A DNA stretch of 59,417 nucleotides, taken from a virus. Of the stretch, positions 34,268 through 43,679 are shown piece after piece. The notes beneath the pieces were generated by a model, which had not been told where the DNA came from, made no database searches, and was given only the letters and a program-made list of their open reading frames with translations. The DNA is taken from positions 1-59,417 of the IMG/VR virus record IMGVR_UViG_3300003322_000298. One strand, given 5' to 3'. A program made the translations under genes and the position numbers. Within the stretch, counting starts at the first letter, position 1. Every line of letters starts with the position of its first letter.

Positions 34268-35929
34268 ATGCAAACCGACCTCGCCCTATTCCTTCAGCTG
34301 CCCATCGTCACGCATGACGTGGAGATCGGCAGCGCCGAGTGGCTGCAGCATCGCGTCAGCCTGTTCAACGCCAGCGACGCGCCCGCCATGGCGGGGGTGA
34401 GCCCGTACAAGAAGCGCAGCGAGCTGGTGCGCGAGATCGCGACAGGCGTCGTTCGGGAACCCGATGACTTCCGCGAAGCCCTGTTCGCAAGCGGCCACCG
34501 CGCAGAGGAATTGGCGCGCCCCGTGGCCGAGGGGGTGATCGGCGAAGACCTCTATCAGATGGTTCTCTCGCGCGGTCGCCTCGGTGCCTCGCTGGACGGC
34601 CAGACCTTCGATGGCAAGACCGGGTGGGAGCACAAGATCCTGAACGAGACGATCCGGCAAGCTATCCCGGATTGCGGCGACGCCATCTGCGAATCGCCTG
34701 TCGAATTGCCCGAGGTCTATGCTGTGCAGTGCGAGCAGCAAATCATCGTCGGCGGCCTCGACCGCGTGCTGTTTTCGGCCACGCGATGGAACGCGCGCGA
34801 AGAGTTGATCGAGCAGCGACATTGCTGGTACTACCCGAACCCCGAGCGCGCGCAGCGCATCCTTCTCGGCTGGGCGCAGCTGTTTCAGGACGCCATCGCG
34901 TGGCAGCCAACCGAAGCCGTCGAAGAGCCCAAGAAGGGCACGACACGCGCAACGCTTCCGGCTCTCGTCGTGCAAGTCGAGGGGAAGGTCGTCGAGAGCA
35001 ATTTCGGTCCGTATCGAGACGCCGCCCTGGCGTTCATCGACTCGATCAATACGCGGCTGGACACCGACGACGACTTCGGCCAGGCCATGGCAGATGCCGA
35101 ATTCTGTCGCGCGATCGAAAAGAAACTCGCCGCGCTCGAAGAAAACGTGATCAGCCAGGCTGCCAGCGTGAACGAGCTGATCGACGGCATGCGCCAGATT
35201 CGCGAGCAGAGCAGGCAGAAGGCCCTCAGCCTTGAGAAGAAAATTGAGACCCGCAAGCGCGAGCGCAAAGAGGAGATCGCCGCTGATGCGCAGCAAAAGC
35301 TCGACCGGCATATCCTCGCGCTGAATGCCGGTTTGCCGGACCCCTGGGTGCAGCCGCGTCGCGGCCAGTGGGGCGACGCCATGAAAAACAAGCGCAGCCT
35401 CGCCACATGTCAGGAAGCCGTCGACGTGATGCTCGCCGACATGAAGGTGCGCGCCAGCGAAGAGGCGGCCACCCTGGCGACGAATGCGAAGGTGGTGGAA
35501 GAGGAGTGCGAGGGGAACTGGTTGCTCTTCGTTGACTTCGAGCGCCAAGGCCTCAAGCCCACCGAGGATTTCCGCGCGCTGGCGTTGATGCGTCACAGCC
35601 AGGCGAAGGACCGCGATGCGAAGGACAAGAAGCTCAAGGAGGATGCGCAGGCAGCAGCAGCGCCGGCACCTGGCGCTGCTGTCTTCGCCAGCATCGCGCA
35701 CGCTACGCCGCGTGCCGCCCGCACGATGCCGCCGCTCAGCACGAAGGACGTATGCGCGCTGCTCGGATTCGAGGTATCCGTCGGCTTCCTGACGCAGCTC
35801 GGCATGCACGAGTGCGCGCGTCCCGATGGCAAGAAGACCGGCACATATTGGCCCGGCGAAAACTTCCCGCTGCTTTGCGCCAAGCTCGCCGAGCACCTGC
35901 AGAAGATCGTCAGCAACTACGGCAAGTGA
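34268..35929 (+). CDS. YqaJ-type exonuclease with long C-terminal extension
   Basis: GSAEWLQHRVSLFNASDAPAMAGVSPYKKRSEL N-terminal signature. Confidence 0.78.
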   Translation: MQTDLALFLQLPIVTHDVEIGSAEWLQHRVSLFNASDAPAMAGVSPYKKRSELVREIATGVVREPDDFREALFASGHRAEELARPVAEGVIGEDLYQMVLSRGRLGASLDGQTFDGKTGWEHKILNETIRQAIPDCGDAICESPVELPEVYAVQCEQQIIVGGLDRVLFSATRWNAREELIEQRHCWYYPNPERAQRILLGWAQLFQDAIAWQPTEAVEEPKKGTTRATLPALVVQVEGKVVESNFGPYRDAALAFIDSINTRLDTDDDFGQAMADAEFCRAIEKKLAALEENVISQAASVNELIDGMRQIREQSRQKALSLEKKIETRKRERKEEIAADAQQKLDRHILALNAGLPDPWVQPRRGQWGDAMKNKRSLATCQEAVDVMLADMKVRASEEAATLATNAKVVEEECEGNWLLFVDFERQGLKPTEDFRALALMRHSQAKDRDAKDKKLKEDAQAAAAPAPGAAVFASIAHATPRAARTMPPLSTKDVCALLGFEVSVGFLTQLGMHECARPDGKKTGTYWPGENFPLLCAKLAEHLQKIVSNYGK

Positions 35930-35937
35930 GGCGAGCC

Positions 35938-36390
35938 ATGGACTTCGGATTCACGAACAATGTCGGCATCTTCGACGCGGTGCGCGCCTGGCGTGATGCG
36001 GCCATCGCAGACGGCTGGCAGGTGCAGCCAACCTACCCAGCGCCTGACCCTGTTCCAGGCCCCGAGTTCGGCCCCAATGCCTATCGAGGAGAGGCCATGG
36101 AGCGGGCCTGCACGCTGAGGCGCGCAGGATATACCGTGCATGTGATCACCCGGACCAACGTCGGCAAATGGAAGTTCGAAGCCAAGCTGAGCGCGTGGTG
36201 CCCAGACGGCATGGCGATCGGCCTACCGCGCGAATACGATCTCGCCGCCATCGTATCGGCCGTGCGTCGCTGCAACTACTGCAAGCGCGAAAACGTGGAT
36301 ACGGAACGCGTGGGATTCGCTGGTCGCTACTGTGCGACTTGCCTGCCGACGGTGCGCAAACGCGTGGAATACCCGGGGTGGGACAGGTGA
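35938..36390 (+). CDS. hypothetical protein
   Basis: ORF in frame with track ORF 35752-36390. The ATG lies 8 nt after the upstream stop. Confidence 0.6.
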   Translation: MDFGFTNNVGIFDAVRAWRDAAIADGWQVQPTYPAPDPVPGPEFGPNAYRGEAMERACTLRRAGYTVHVITRTNVGKWKFEAKLSAWCPDGMAIGLPREYDLAAIVSAVRRCNYCKRENVDTERVGFAGRYCATCLPTVRKRVEYPGWDR

Positions 36391-36779
36391 AGCGCTTCAT
36401 CGTCTGCGGCGGTCGCGACTACTTCGACTGGATCGCCGTGTTCCACGCCCTGAACCGTCTCGATGCGAGGTTCTCGCGCGTCGAAGGCGAGGGCGACGAT
36501 CGCGTGCGCGTGCCGGGCATCGCCGCGATCATCCAGGGTGGTGCTGAGGGTGCCGACTGGTGCGCTCGCGACTGGGCCGAGACCTATGGCGTGGAGTGCA
36601 TCACTTTCGCGGCCGACTGGGATCGTCTCGGCAAGGCTGCCGGGCCGACGCGGAACGAGAAGATGCTGCGCGAGGCCCGCGCTCACGGCCTGGTGGCCTT
36701 CCCGGGTGGCCGCGGGACGTTCGACATGGTGGCTCGCGCCAGGCATGCCGGCCTGATGGTCTGGGAGCCAGAGAAGTGA
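36387..36779 (+). CDS. DUF2493 (SLOG-fold) protein
   Basis: GTGA coupling. FIVCGGRDY...IIQGGAEGADW...AGPTRNEKML...FPGGRGT. Confidence 0.7.
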   Translation: MKRFIVCGGRDYFDWIAVFHALNRLDARFSRVEGEGDDRVRVPGIAAIIQGGAEGADWCARDWAETYGVECITFAADWDRLGKAAGPTRNEKMLREARAHGLVAFPGGRGTFDMVARARHAGLMVWEPEK

Positions 36780-37252
36780 AGCGAGGCAAGCCATTGCAGC
36801 GCAAGCCGTTCAAGCGGCCAGAGCTGCCGCCGCGCGTAAATACGGTGCACGTTCCGCGCAGCGAGCCGGCACGCGCCACGCTGCGCGCGCCCACTCGCTT
36901 CACCGAGCCCATCCTGAAGGCGGTGCGCGTCGAGAGCGAGCCCTATCGCAAGCTGGTGGCCTCGCTGCCGTGCTGGCGCTGCGGCATCCACGGATACACC
37001 CAGGCATGCCATGGCGACTATGACAAGGGCATGCAGCTGAAGACCTGCGACCTGACGTGTTGGCCGGGCTGCGGGCCTCACGACGGCATCGAGGGCTGTC
37101 ACGAGTTCGTGGGCCGACGCATGCCGCGCCAAGAGCGCCGGTCATTCGAAGCGCGGGCAGCGGCAGACACGCAGGCGACGCTCATCGCGCTCGCCGGCAA
37201 TGACAAGAAGGTGCGGCGCGTGCTCGTCGCCGTTGGGCTGGTGAAGGGCTGA
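36776..37252 (+). CDS. Cys/His-rich phage protein (DUF1364/NinG-like)
   Basis: GTGA coupling. LPCWRCG...TQACHGDYDKG...CH pattern. Confidence 0.55.
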   Translation: MKRGKPLQRKPFKRPELPPRVNTVHVPRSEPARATLRAPTRFTEPILKAVRVESEPYRKLVASLPCWRCGIHGYTQACHGDYDKGMQLKTCDLTCWPGCGPHDGIEGCHEFVGRRMPRQERRSFEARAAADTQATLIALAGNDKKVRRVLVAVGLVKG

Positions 37253-37261
37253 AGGCAAGCC

Positions 37262-37708
37262 GTGGCGTCTAACCGTTTCGAGCGCAACTTCGTTATTCGC
37301 AATGCGGACAACGCTCGGGCGCTCTGGAACTTCATCAAAGAAAACGCTGCGGCCATGATCGAGCAGGGGCGCTTCATCGCTGTCCGCGTGTACGAATGGA
37401 AGCCTCAAGCAACCGATGCACAGCGCGCCCTGATCTGGATCATCAATCAGCAGATGGAAGAAAAGGCCTGGATCAAAGCAAAGCGCTACGAAGCGGACAT
37501 CTGGCACGAGCAATTCAAGCGCGAGTTTTTGCCCGACGAAACGAGAAAGGGGGTTAAGAAGTGGCTGGTTTTGCCTAACGGTGAACGCAGCCTTCACATG
37601 AGCACAGAAGATCTAGACCGTGAAGAGAAGTCGACCTACATCGATCAGTGCATTGCCTACGCCGCGAGCATCGGCGTCGAAATCGTGATCGAGGATCGGC
37701 ACCACTGA
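37262..37708 (+). CDS. NinB-like recombination protein
   Basis: 148 aa. TDAQRALIWIINQQMEE pattern and size. Confidence 0.55.
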   Translation: MASNRFERNFVIRNADNARALWNFIKENAAAMIEQGRFIAVRVYEWKPQATDAQRALIWIINQQMEEKAWIKAKRYEADIWHEQFKREFLPDETRKGVKKWLVLPNGERSLHMSTEDLDREEKSTYIDQCIAYAASIGVEIVIEDRHH

Positions 37709-37729
37709 AACAAGCAACTGCATGGGACC

Positions 37730-38626
37730 ATGATGACCTTTCAACTTCCCTCACCCACCGAAGTCAAGATGAGCCTGACGGCTCGCGTCGAGAAGCACGG
37801 CGACGGCGACGTGCCGGCCGTGTCGCTGTCGTTCCACTACGCTGGACCGAATACGATCCTCGACATGATCGACAAGACCCTGCGGCCGGCGATCTACGAG
37901 CGCGCCGACACGAATGACATTCCCGGCGTGGAGGCCACCACGCCCAAGCTGCGCACGCGCTCCTTCGACAAGATCAAGTTGCGCAACAGCTGGGAGGAAA
38001 TGTGCATCCTCGTCGAGCACGGCATCGGCGACACGCCGGACAGCATCACCAGCGTGAAGGCTGGTGACTGCAAGGTGCACAACTTCCGCGATCTCGACCC
38101 GCACGACGGCGGCATGGTGGACTTCACGTTCACCGTCAGCACGAACGACGTGAGCGAGAAGGATGTCGGCATTCTCTGGGCGAAGAACGGCCAGCGTGTG
38201 CGCCTGACCCTGACGGAGGCCGATGAGACCACGAAGAAGAAGAAGGCCGAGCAGAAGGCAGCCGTGATCGACGGCACCGTCGGCCACCCAGGCGCCAAGA
38301 AGGGCAAGGCCGCCGACAAGGCGAAGGAACCCGAGGCCGGAGATCTCTTCGCGGCACAGCACGGCGACAACAAGGAAGAAGGCAAGGCCGACGAGCCCGC
38401 GATCAACCCAGGCCCCGGTGTGCCAGATCCGTCGCCGATGGCCGAGAAGATCCGCCAGCAGGCCGCCAAGCCGGCAGCGAAGAAACCGGCCGCCAAGGCG
38501 CCTGCGAAGAAGGTCGCCGCCAAGAAGGCCCCGGCGGCGCCCGCGAAGAAGGCGGCGAACTTCAAGCCGCACCCGAAGCCGTCGGCGAAGACCGCATCCA
38601 AGAAGGCGGCGCCGAAGAAGCGCTGA
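37730..38626 (+). CDS. hypothetical protein with histone-H1-like AKKPAAKA tail
   Basis: Globular ~190 aa, then a Lys/Ala/Pro repeat tail. Confidence 0.7.
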   Translation: MMTFQLPSPTEVKMSLTARVEKHGDGDVPAVSLSFHYAGPNTILDMIDKTLRPAIYERADTNDIPGVEATTPKLRTRSFDKIKLRNSWEEMCILVEHGIGDTPDSITSVKAGDCKVHNFRDLDPHDGGMVDFTFTVSTNDVSEKDVGILWAKNGQRVRLTLTEADETTKKKKAEQKAAVIDGTVGHPGAKKGKAADKAKEPEAGDLFAAQHGDNKEEGKADEPAINPGPGVPDPSPMAEKIRQQAAKPAAKKPAAKAPAKKVAAKKAPAAPAKKAANFKPHPKPSAKTASKKAAPKKR

Positions 38627-38692
38627 GCACGCGAAGTACGCGACGCGCGTCGCGCCGCACCTGAGACACCACAGAGCAACAAGGAACGAACC

Positions 38693-39001
38693 ATGAGCAC
38701 AAACGCCCGCGGCATGACGATCCCCTCAGCCGAGATCGTCTACCGCATCCCCGAGACCTTTCTGACGCCCGACAGCAGCCGCATCCATTCGATCGGCTAT
38801 GACGCGAGCCGTCAGCTGCTGGTGATTCGCTTCAAGACGAGCGAGCACCGCGTTGCCTACGGCTATCCGGAGTTCAGCGCCGAGCAGTGGCGTGAAATGC
38901 AGGCCGCCGACTCCTGGGGCTCCTACTTCGAGCGCAACATCCGCAAGGCCTGGGAAGGCCGGTTCATCTATTTGCCTGGCCTGCGGGACCACGAGCAATG
39001 A
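38693..39001 (+). CDS. KTSC-domain protein
   Basis: IHSIGYDASRQLLVIRFK...YGYPEFSAEQWREMQAADSWGSYF. Confidence 0.7.
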   Translation: MSTNARGMTIPSAEIVYRIPETFLTPDSSRIHSIGYDASRQLLVIRFKTSEHRVAYGYPEFSAEQWREMQAADSWGSYFERNIRKAWEGRFIYLPGLRDHEQ

Positions 39002-39237
39002 GCGCGTCTTTCCAGGCGAAGTACCCACGCATCGGCGCCGTGCAGGACAACCGGCCGAGGTTCGCGGCTCGTCCTCTCGCCAAGAGGCCGCAGTGTTGCG
39101 TCTGCGGCAAGCCGTCTGACGCGACCGTGTCGATCGAGGTCGACTGGTTCCGCGGAAACGACGAACTCGCGCACACCTGCTGGGGTCATAGGAACGATCT
39201 TCAGGGCATCACCAAGCCATGGACGAAGCCAAGATGA
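38998..39237 (+). CDS. hypothetical protein
   Basis: ORF with ATGA coupling. Confidence 0.55.
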   Translation: MSASFQAKYPRIGAVQDNRPRFAARPLAKRPQCCVCGKPSDATVSIEVDWFRGNDELAHTCWGHRNDLQGITKPWTKPR

Positions 39238-39344
39238 GCGCCTTCACCATTTGGAGGGTGGGGGAGCGGCAGCTAGGCGGCTCCGACGCTCTCATGGCAG
39301 AGCTGAATGTCGCCCGCGACGAGGCGAGAAAGGAGCGAGCATGA
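39234..39344 (+). CDS. small hypothetical protein (36 aa)
   Basis: ATGA coupling at both ends fills the gap between the neighbouring genes. Confidence 0.4.
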   Translation: MSAFTIWRVGERQLGGSDALMAELNVARDEARKERA

Positions 39345-40237
39345 GCGAGAAGACCGAAATTTCCTGGACCGATGCGACCTTCAATCCCTGGTGGGGATGT
39401 CAGAAGGTGAGCCAGGCCTGCGACAACTGCTATGCGGAACGCGACGCGCATCGCTTCGCACCGGGCCGCGTGCTGTGGGGCATCGACAGCGAACGCCGGG
39501 AGTTCGGCGACAAGCACTGGAACGAGCCGCTTCGCTGGGCACGCACGATGCCGGCAAAGCTCGGCCGCCGTCCTCGCGTCTTCTGCTCGTCGATGGCCGA
39601 CGTGTTCGACAACAAGGCCCCTGAAGGCGCGCGCGATCGGTTGTGGAAGCTGATCGAGGCGACGCCCGAGCTTGACTGGCTTCTGCTGACAAAGCGCGTC
39701 GGGAACGTCGATGCCATGATCCCTTGCAGGTGGCGGGCCGGCCTGCCTTCAAACGTCTGGCTCGGCATCACCGTCGTGAATCAGGAAGAGTTCGATCGCG
39801 ATATCGTCAAGCTGCTGCACATCCGCGCCCGCATCAAGTTCCTCAGCATGGAGCCGCTGCTCGGCCTGGTGCGCATCAACGTGGCGCGCGTAGGCTACAA
39901 GAGCGGCCTTATCGGGGTCGATGAGCGATGCGACCATGTGGACCCGCTGCGAATTTTCGACGGCATCGACTGGGTCATCGTCGGCGGCGAGAGTGGGCCG
40001 AAGGCCAGGCCGATGTACATCGACTGGGTGCGGTCTCTGCGAGATCAGTGCGCGAGCGCTGGCGTTCCTTTCCACATGAAGCAATGGGGGGAATGGTCGG
40101 CGCCCGGTGTGAGTTGGAATGATGCTAAACCGGAAGACGCCGTCGAAGACAAACTCGCGATCTTCAAGGTCGGCAAGAAGGCCGCGGGCCGCGTGCTCGA
40201 CGGCGTGACTCACGACGCTTTCCCGGTACCGCGATGA
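39341..40237 (+). CDS. phage Gp37/Gp68 (DUF5131) family protein
   Basis: TEISWTDATFNPWWGCQKVSQACDNCYAE N-terminal signature. Confidence 0.85.
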   Translation: MSEKTEISWTDATFNPWWGCQKVSQACDNCYAERDAHRFAPGRVLWGIDSERREFGDKHWNEPLRWARTMPAKLGRRPRVFCSSMADVFDNKAPEGARDRLWKLIEATPELDWLLLTKRVGNVDAMIPCRWRAGLPSNVWLGITVVNQEEFDRDIVKLLHIRARIKFLSMEPLLGLVRINVARVGYKSGLIGVDERCDHVDPLRIFDGIDWVIVGGESGPKARPMYIDWVRSLRDQCASAGVPFHMKQWGEWSAPGVSWNDAKPEDAVEDKLAIFKVGKKAAGRVLDGVTHDAFPVPR

Positions 40238-40803
40238 TCGAGCGCCCGATCCTCTTCTCGGCACCCATGGTTCGCGCACTGTTGTCCGGCACGAAGACGC
40301 AGACGCGGCGCGTCGTGAAGAATCCGCCGTCGATCTGGACGATTCACAGCATCCAAGAGCAACGCTGTCCCTATGGCCAGGCTGGCGATCGGCTGTGGGT
40401 AAGGGAGACATGGGCGAAATGGGGTCGCGACGATCAATGCGGCGAGGGCCCGTCGCAGACGCACGAGCCGATCTATCGCGCCGATAGTTATCCATGGGAC
40501 TGGGGAGACAAATGGCGCCCGAGCATCTATATGCCACGCTGGGCAAGCCGCATCACGCTGGAGATCATCGCCGTGCGCGTTGAGCGCCTGCAGGACATCA
40601 GTAGCGCCGACGCGATCGCCGAGGGCATCGAGCCCTGCGCCAGTGGAGGCGAGTGGCGCAACTACCTCGACAGCGCACCAAACCGAGACGCCCTGACTCC
40701 GCGCGTCAGCTACCGCTCTCTCTGGGAGTCCATCAACGGTCCAGGCTCCTGGGCCGCGAACCCCTGGGTATGGGTGGTCGAGTTCAAAAGGATGGCGCCG
40801 TGA
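40234..40803 (+). CDS. conserved phage protein
   Basis: PILFSAPMVRALLSGTKTQTRR N-terminus, common in phage proteins. Confidence 0.68.
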   Translation: MIERPILFSAPMVRALLSGTKTQTRRVVKNPPSIWTIHSIQEQRCPYGQAGDRLWVRETWAKWGRDDQCGEGPSQTHEPIYRADSYPWDWGDKWRPSIYMPRWASRITLEIIAVRVERLQDISSADAIAEGIEPCASGGEWRNYLDSAPNRDALTPRVSYRSLWESINGPGSWAANPWVWVVEFKRMAP

Positions 40804-40967
40804 AGATCAAGATCCGTCTCCACCGCGTGCGCCGCCTCCCCTTCTCACATCAGTGTCGTGCCGGGCACTATGCTTGCCGCATTGCCAGGAAGGGCAACCG
40901 TCCGGCCATCTGGGCCCGCATGGCGCGGCGAGCCCTACAGGCTTTCCTGAGCGCGCCGAGGAGCTAA
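40800..40967 (+). CDS. possible small basic protein
   Basis: GTGA coupling, 55 aa. Weak call. Confidence 0.3.
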   Translation: MKIKIRLHRVRRLPFSHQCRAGHYACRIARKGNRPAIWARMARRALQAFLSAPRS

Positions 40968-40969
40968 TC

Positions 40970-41569
40970 ATGCCTCTGAGCCTCGACTCCGTGAAGGAGA
41001 TACACACGCGTCTGATCGCCCGCTATGGCCAGGACTTCATGCGCCAGTGGGAAGGGATCGACCCGAAGCTCGTGCAAGCCGACTGGGCTCAGAGCCTGGG
41101 CGGCATCACCGATGACGCAATCTTCTTCGCGCTCGACCACCTGCCAGAGCGCGTGCCGAACGCCAGCGTCTTTCGCAAGCTGTGCATGCAATACAACGGC
41201 AGCGGCTCGAAGGAGCCGAAACGTTTGAGTGCGCCGAAGGTGGTCGCAAATCCTCGGGTGGTCGAGCGCGAAATCGGCAAAATGCTTGCCGCTCAACGCA
41301 GGGGCTTCAAGGCAGGCCGTTTCGACTGGGCCAAAGAACTGAAGCGCCGCGCGGCGCAGGGCGAGGACGTTCCTTCTAAGCACCTCGACATGGCAAAAGA
41401 CGCGCTTAAGGTCGAGATCATCCCGACTCCCGTGCCTATCGTCATGGCGACGATTGCCGATCATCTGCTGCCGCCTGGCATGCGAAAGGAAAGTCATGTC
41501 CCACCTCCGGCGCCGCCCGCGCCCCGTACACGTGAACGTAGTCCAAAGAGCAATCGAGGGCGCGAGTAA
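40970..41569 (+). CDS. hypothetical protein
   Basis: ATG 40970, in frame with track ORF 40853-41569. Confidence 0.6.
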   Translation: MPLSLDSVKEIHTRLIARYGQDFMRQWEGIDPKLVQADWAQSLGGITDDAIFFALDHLPERVPNASVFRKLCMQYNGSGSKEPKRLSAPKVVANPRVVEREIGKMLAAQRRGFKAGRFDWAKELKRRAAQGEDVPSKHLDMAKDALKVEIIPTPVPIVMATIADHLLPPGMRKESHVPPPAPPAPRTRERSPKSNRGRE

Positions 41570-41999
41570 GCTGAGCCAGGCGGAGCAGGACGCTCACATC
41601 CGCACATCTCGCGATGCCTTCGACGCCTTCCGCCGCGCTGAGAACCCCGAAGCGAATTGGCGAGCCCTGGCCGACGCGTTCAACCTGGCCGAGCACATGA
41701 GCGCGCAGGGCCTGTGCAGCGACGAGGCGAGCAAGACAAGCATCCGCCAGGCACAGAGCGCGCTGGGTGCCGTCCTTCATCGCTTCGAGCACCTCGGCAC
41801 CTGGACGCTCAAGGCTCACGAAATGCTCGACATGGAGGAGGGCCTGCTGCGCTTTCGTATCCAGGTCCGTCACTGCAGCCAACGTGAGTTCCGCACCGCC
41901 ATCGACCGCGTGCGCGAGATCACGAGCCAAGCGCTTGCCGGCAACGCACCGAAGGGCGTGGAGGTCATCGAGCCGCCGCGGGCGAAAAAAAGCGCTTGA
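41496..41999 (+). CDS. hypothetical protein
   Basis: ATG with GGAAAG upstream. Overlaps the previous CDS by 74 nt. Confidence 0.5.
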   Translation: MSHLRRRPRPVHVNVVQRAIEGASKLSQAEQDAHIRTSRDAFDAFRRAENPEANWRALADAFNLAEHMSAQGLCSDEASKTSIRQAQSALGAVLHRFEHLGTWTLKAHEMLDMEEGLLRFRIQVRHCSQREFRTAIDRVREITSQALAGNAPKGVEVIEPPRAKKSA

Positions 42000-42023
42000 C
42001 GCTTTACCGGACTGCTGTAGTAA
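41996..42023 (+). promoter_or_regulatory. TTGACG plus TGTAGTAA motif (putative promoter)
   Basis: TTGACG-N14-TGTAGTAA, in an AT-richer gap upstream of 42056. Confidence 0.35.
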
Positions 42024-42055
42024 GATTCCGCGCCATATCCCGCAAAGGACAAGCA

Positions 42056-42223
42056 ATGCAGAAAGACAAGCAACCCAAACGAGCGCTGACGTGCAAGCAC
42101 TGCGGACACGTCTGGGTATCGCGCATCGACACCCGCCCCATGAAGTGTCCGAACGCGAAGTGCCAAGCCTTTGACTGGGACAAGCGGCCGGCCTCGCCGA
42201 AGGTCATCAAGGGCAAGCGCTGA
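42056..42223 (+). CDS. zinc-ribbon protein
   Basis: CKHCGH...CPNAKC. 55 aa. Confidence 0.55.
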   Translation: MQKDKQPKRALTCKHCGHVWVSRIDTRPMKCPNAKCQAFDWDKRPASPKVIKGKR

Positions 42224-42376
42224 AGTTTACCGGGCGGGGAGCCCGAGCGGGGTGATGATCTCGGCTGTCTCCTGGGATGCCCGCGCTGCACTGGACTTTC
42301 GACAGGCAGTCTCCCCGCCCACCTACAACATGGCAAGAGCGCGACGCGCCGGCCGCATCTGAGACAGGAGCAGACC

Positions 42377-42619
42377 ATGGGCCTCAGGAGCTGGATTGCA
42401 GCCTTCATGCTGCGCTGGCAAAGCGACGAGAGCGAGAGCCGGCCGAACCGTGTGCCGCGCGTGCATCGTCACCGTGTCTTCCGTGACATGGTAGTCGAGC
42501 CAGATCAGCCGTGGCCACGCGGCTTCGCTGGCGTCAGCATGCAGCCCGACCGCCGCCAGGGCCCGCGAACGCTTCCTGTGGAGCAGCATGATCGGATGAA
42601 GGAGGACGGCCAGCCATGA
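42377..42619 (+). CDS. hypothetical protein
   Basis: ORF with AGGAG 7 nt upstream. Confidence 0.45.
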   Translation: MGLRSWIAAFMLRWQSDESESRPNRVPRVHRHRVFRDMVVEPDQPWPRGFAGVSMQPDRRQGPRTLPVEQHDRMKEDGQP

Positions 42620-42888
42620 ACGAACTACCTGCCGAACTCGTAGAGTTGATCTGCGAGTTCCTCGACGCGAGTCTGATGAGCGACGACCGCAAGACTTGGA
42701 CGCGTGAGACTCGCCTTGCGGAGGAACTCGGTTTCGACGGCATGGACATCGCCGACCTCTGCCTCTGGCTCGAAGACCAATTCGATTTCGATTTCGACTT
42801 CGACGACGTCAAGAAGGCGGCCACGCTTGGCGGCCTCGCAGACCTCCTCGCCGCCAAGAAGAACGCGCAGAATTCCACCAGCGCGTGA
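42616..42888 (+). CDS. acyl-carrier-protein-like protein lacking the Ser attachment site
   Basis: LAEELGFDGMDIADLCLWLEDQF matches the ACP helix II context, with DGM in place of DSL. Confidence 0.62.
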   Translation: MNELPAELVELICEFLDASLMSDDRKTWTRETRLAEELGFDGMDIADLCLWLEDQFDFDFDFDDVKKAATLGGLADLLAAKKNAQNSTSA

Positions 42889-42916
42889 CGTGCGCGCACA
42901 ACCCCTAGGAGCAACC

Positions 42917-43672
42917 ATGATGAGAAGCCGTGCCGCGCGATACACCGCGCTGATCCTGTGCAGTCTGGCGGTGGGCGCCGCCCTGGCGAACAACACGCCG
43001 CCGCCTGCCACCACGAGCCCTCCGCAGGCCGTAAGCACGTCGACGAGCGGCGCCGCTGCCGTCAGCGGTGCGCGCAGCGATGCGACGGGCGGCAACGCAT
43101 CGGCGATCAGCGGGCCATCGACGAGTTCGGCTGCCGGCGGCACGTCGACCAGCACCAGCACGAGCGGTGACTCCAAGGCCATCCAGGGGCAGGGCCAGAC
43201 GCTCAGCGATCAGAGCCAAACCGACTCGCGGATGTACGTGCTGCCCGGCCCGGTCTGGACGCCGCCCATGGCGCGCGTCGAATGCCCGACGCCGACGATC
43301 GCGAATCGGTCCTACTCCCTCGGCTGGGGCGCCGTGAGCATGGCCAGGGGCGACACGTCGACCGACGACTGCGTGCTGATCACGATGATGAATGCCTACA
43401 TCGACGCCTGCCAGTACGACCGCGCGCAGCAGGTACGCGACGGCCTGGTCGCCAAGCGGCTGCCAGACTTCAAGCCGAAGGCCGTCGAGTTCGTCGACCT
43501 GATGAAGAAGGAGTGCGACGCGCTGAAGGCGCCGCCGCCGGCACCACCTGTCGAGGTGCGCTACGTCACGGTGACGCCGCCGGCCGCCACGCCGGCACCG
43601 CCCGAGGCCGTGAAGCCGCTCGCGGTCGAGCGAAAGAAGTTGCGCCAGGTCTGCCCAGCTCCGAAGAAGTGA
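42917..43672 (+). CDS. secreted Ser/Thr/Ala-rich protein
   Basis: GGAG upstream. Signal peptide MMRSRAARYTALILCSLAVGAALA. Low-complexity S/T region, then a Cys-containing domain. Confidence 0.65.
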   Translation: MMRSRAARYTALILCSLAVGAALANNTPPPATTSPPQAVSTSTSGAAAVSGARSDATGGNASAISGPSTSSAAGGTSTSTSTSGDSKAIQGQGQTLSDQSQTDSRMYVLPGPVWTPPMARVECPTPTIANRSYSLGWGAVSMARGDTSTDDCVLITMMNAYIDACQYDRAQQVRDGLVAKRLPDFKPKAVEFVDLMKKECDALKAPPPAPPVEVRYVTVTPPAATPAPPEAVKPLAVERKKLRQVCPAPKK

Positions 43673-43679
43673 GCCTCTG

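Noticed and set aside
40653-40967. 104-aa ORF overlapping the end of 40234-40803.
   Set aside because: The upstream part is out-of-frame overlap. Only the GTG-initiated 55-codon tail (40800-40967) is retained, as a low-confidence call.
42231-42320. GGGCGGGGA / TCCCCGCCC 9-bp long-range complementarity in the 42224-42376 gap.
   Set aside because: A single short GC-rich pairing in GC-rich DNA with no supporting sub-structure or terminator features. Insufficient to propose an RNA element.
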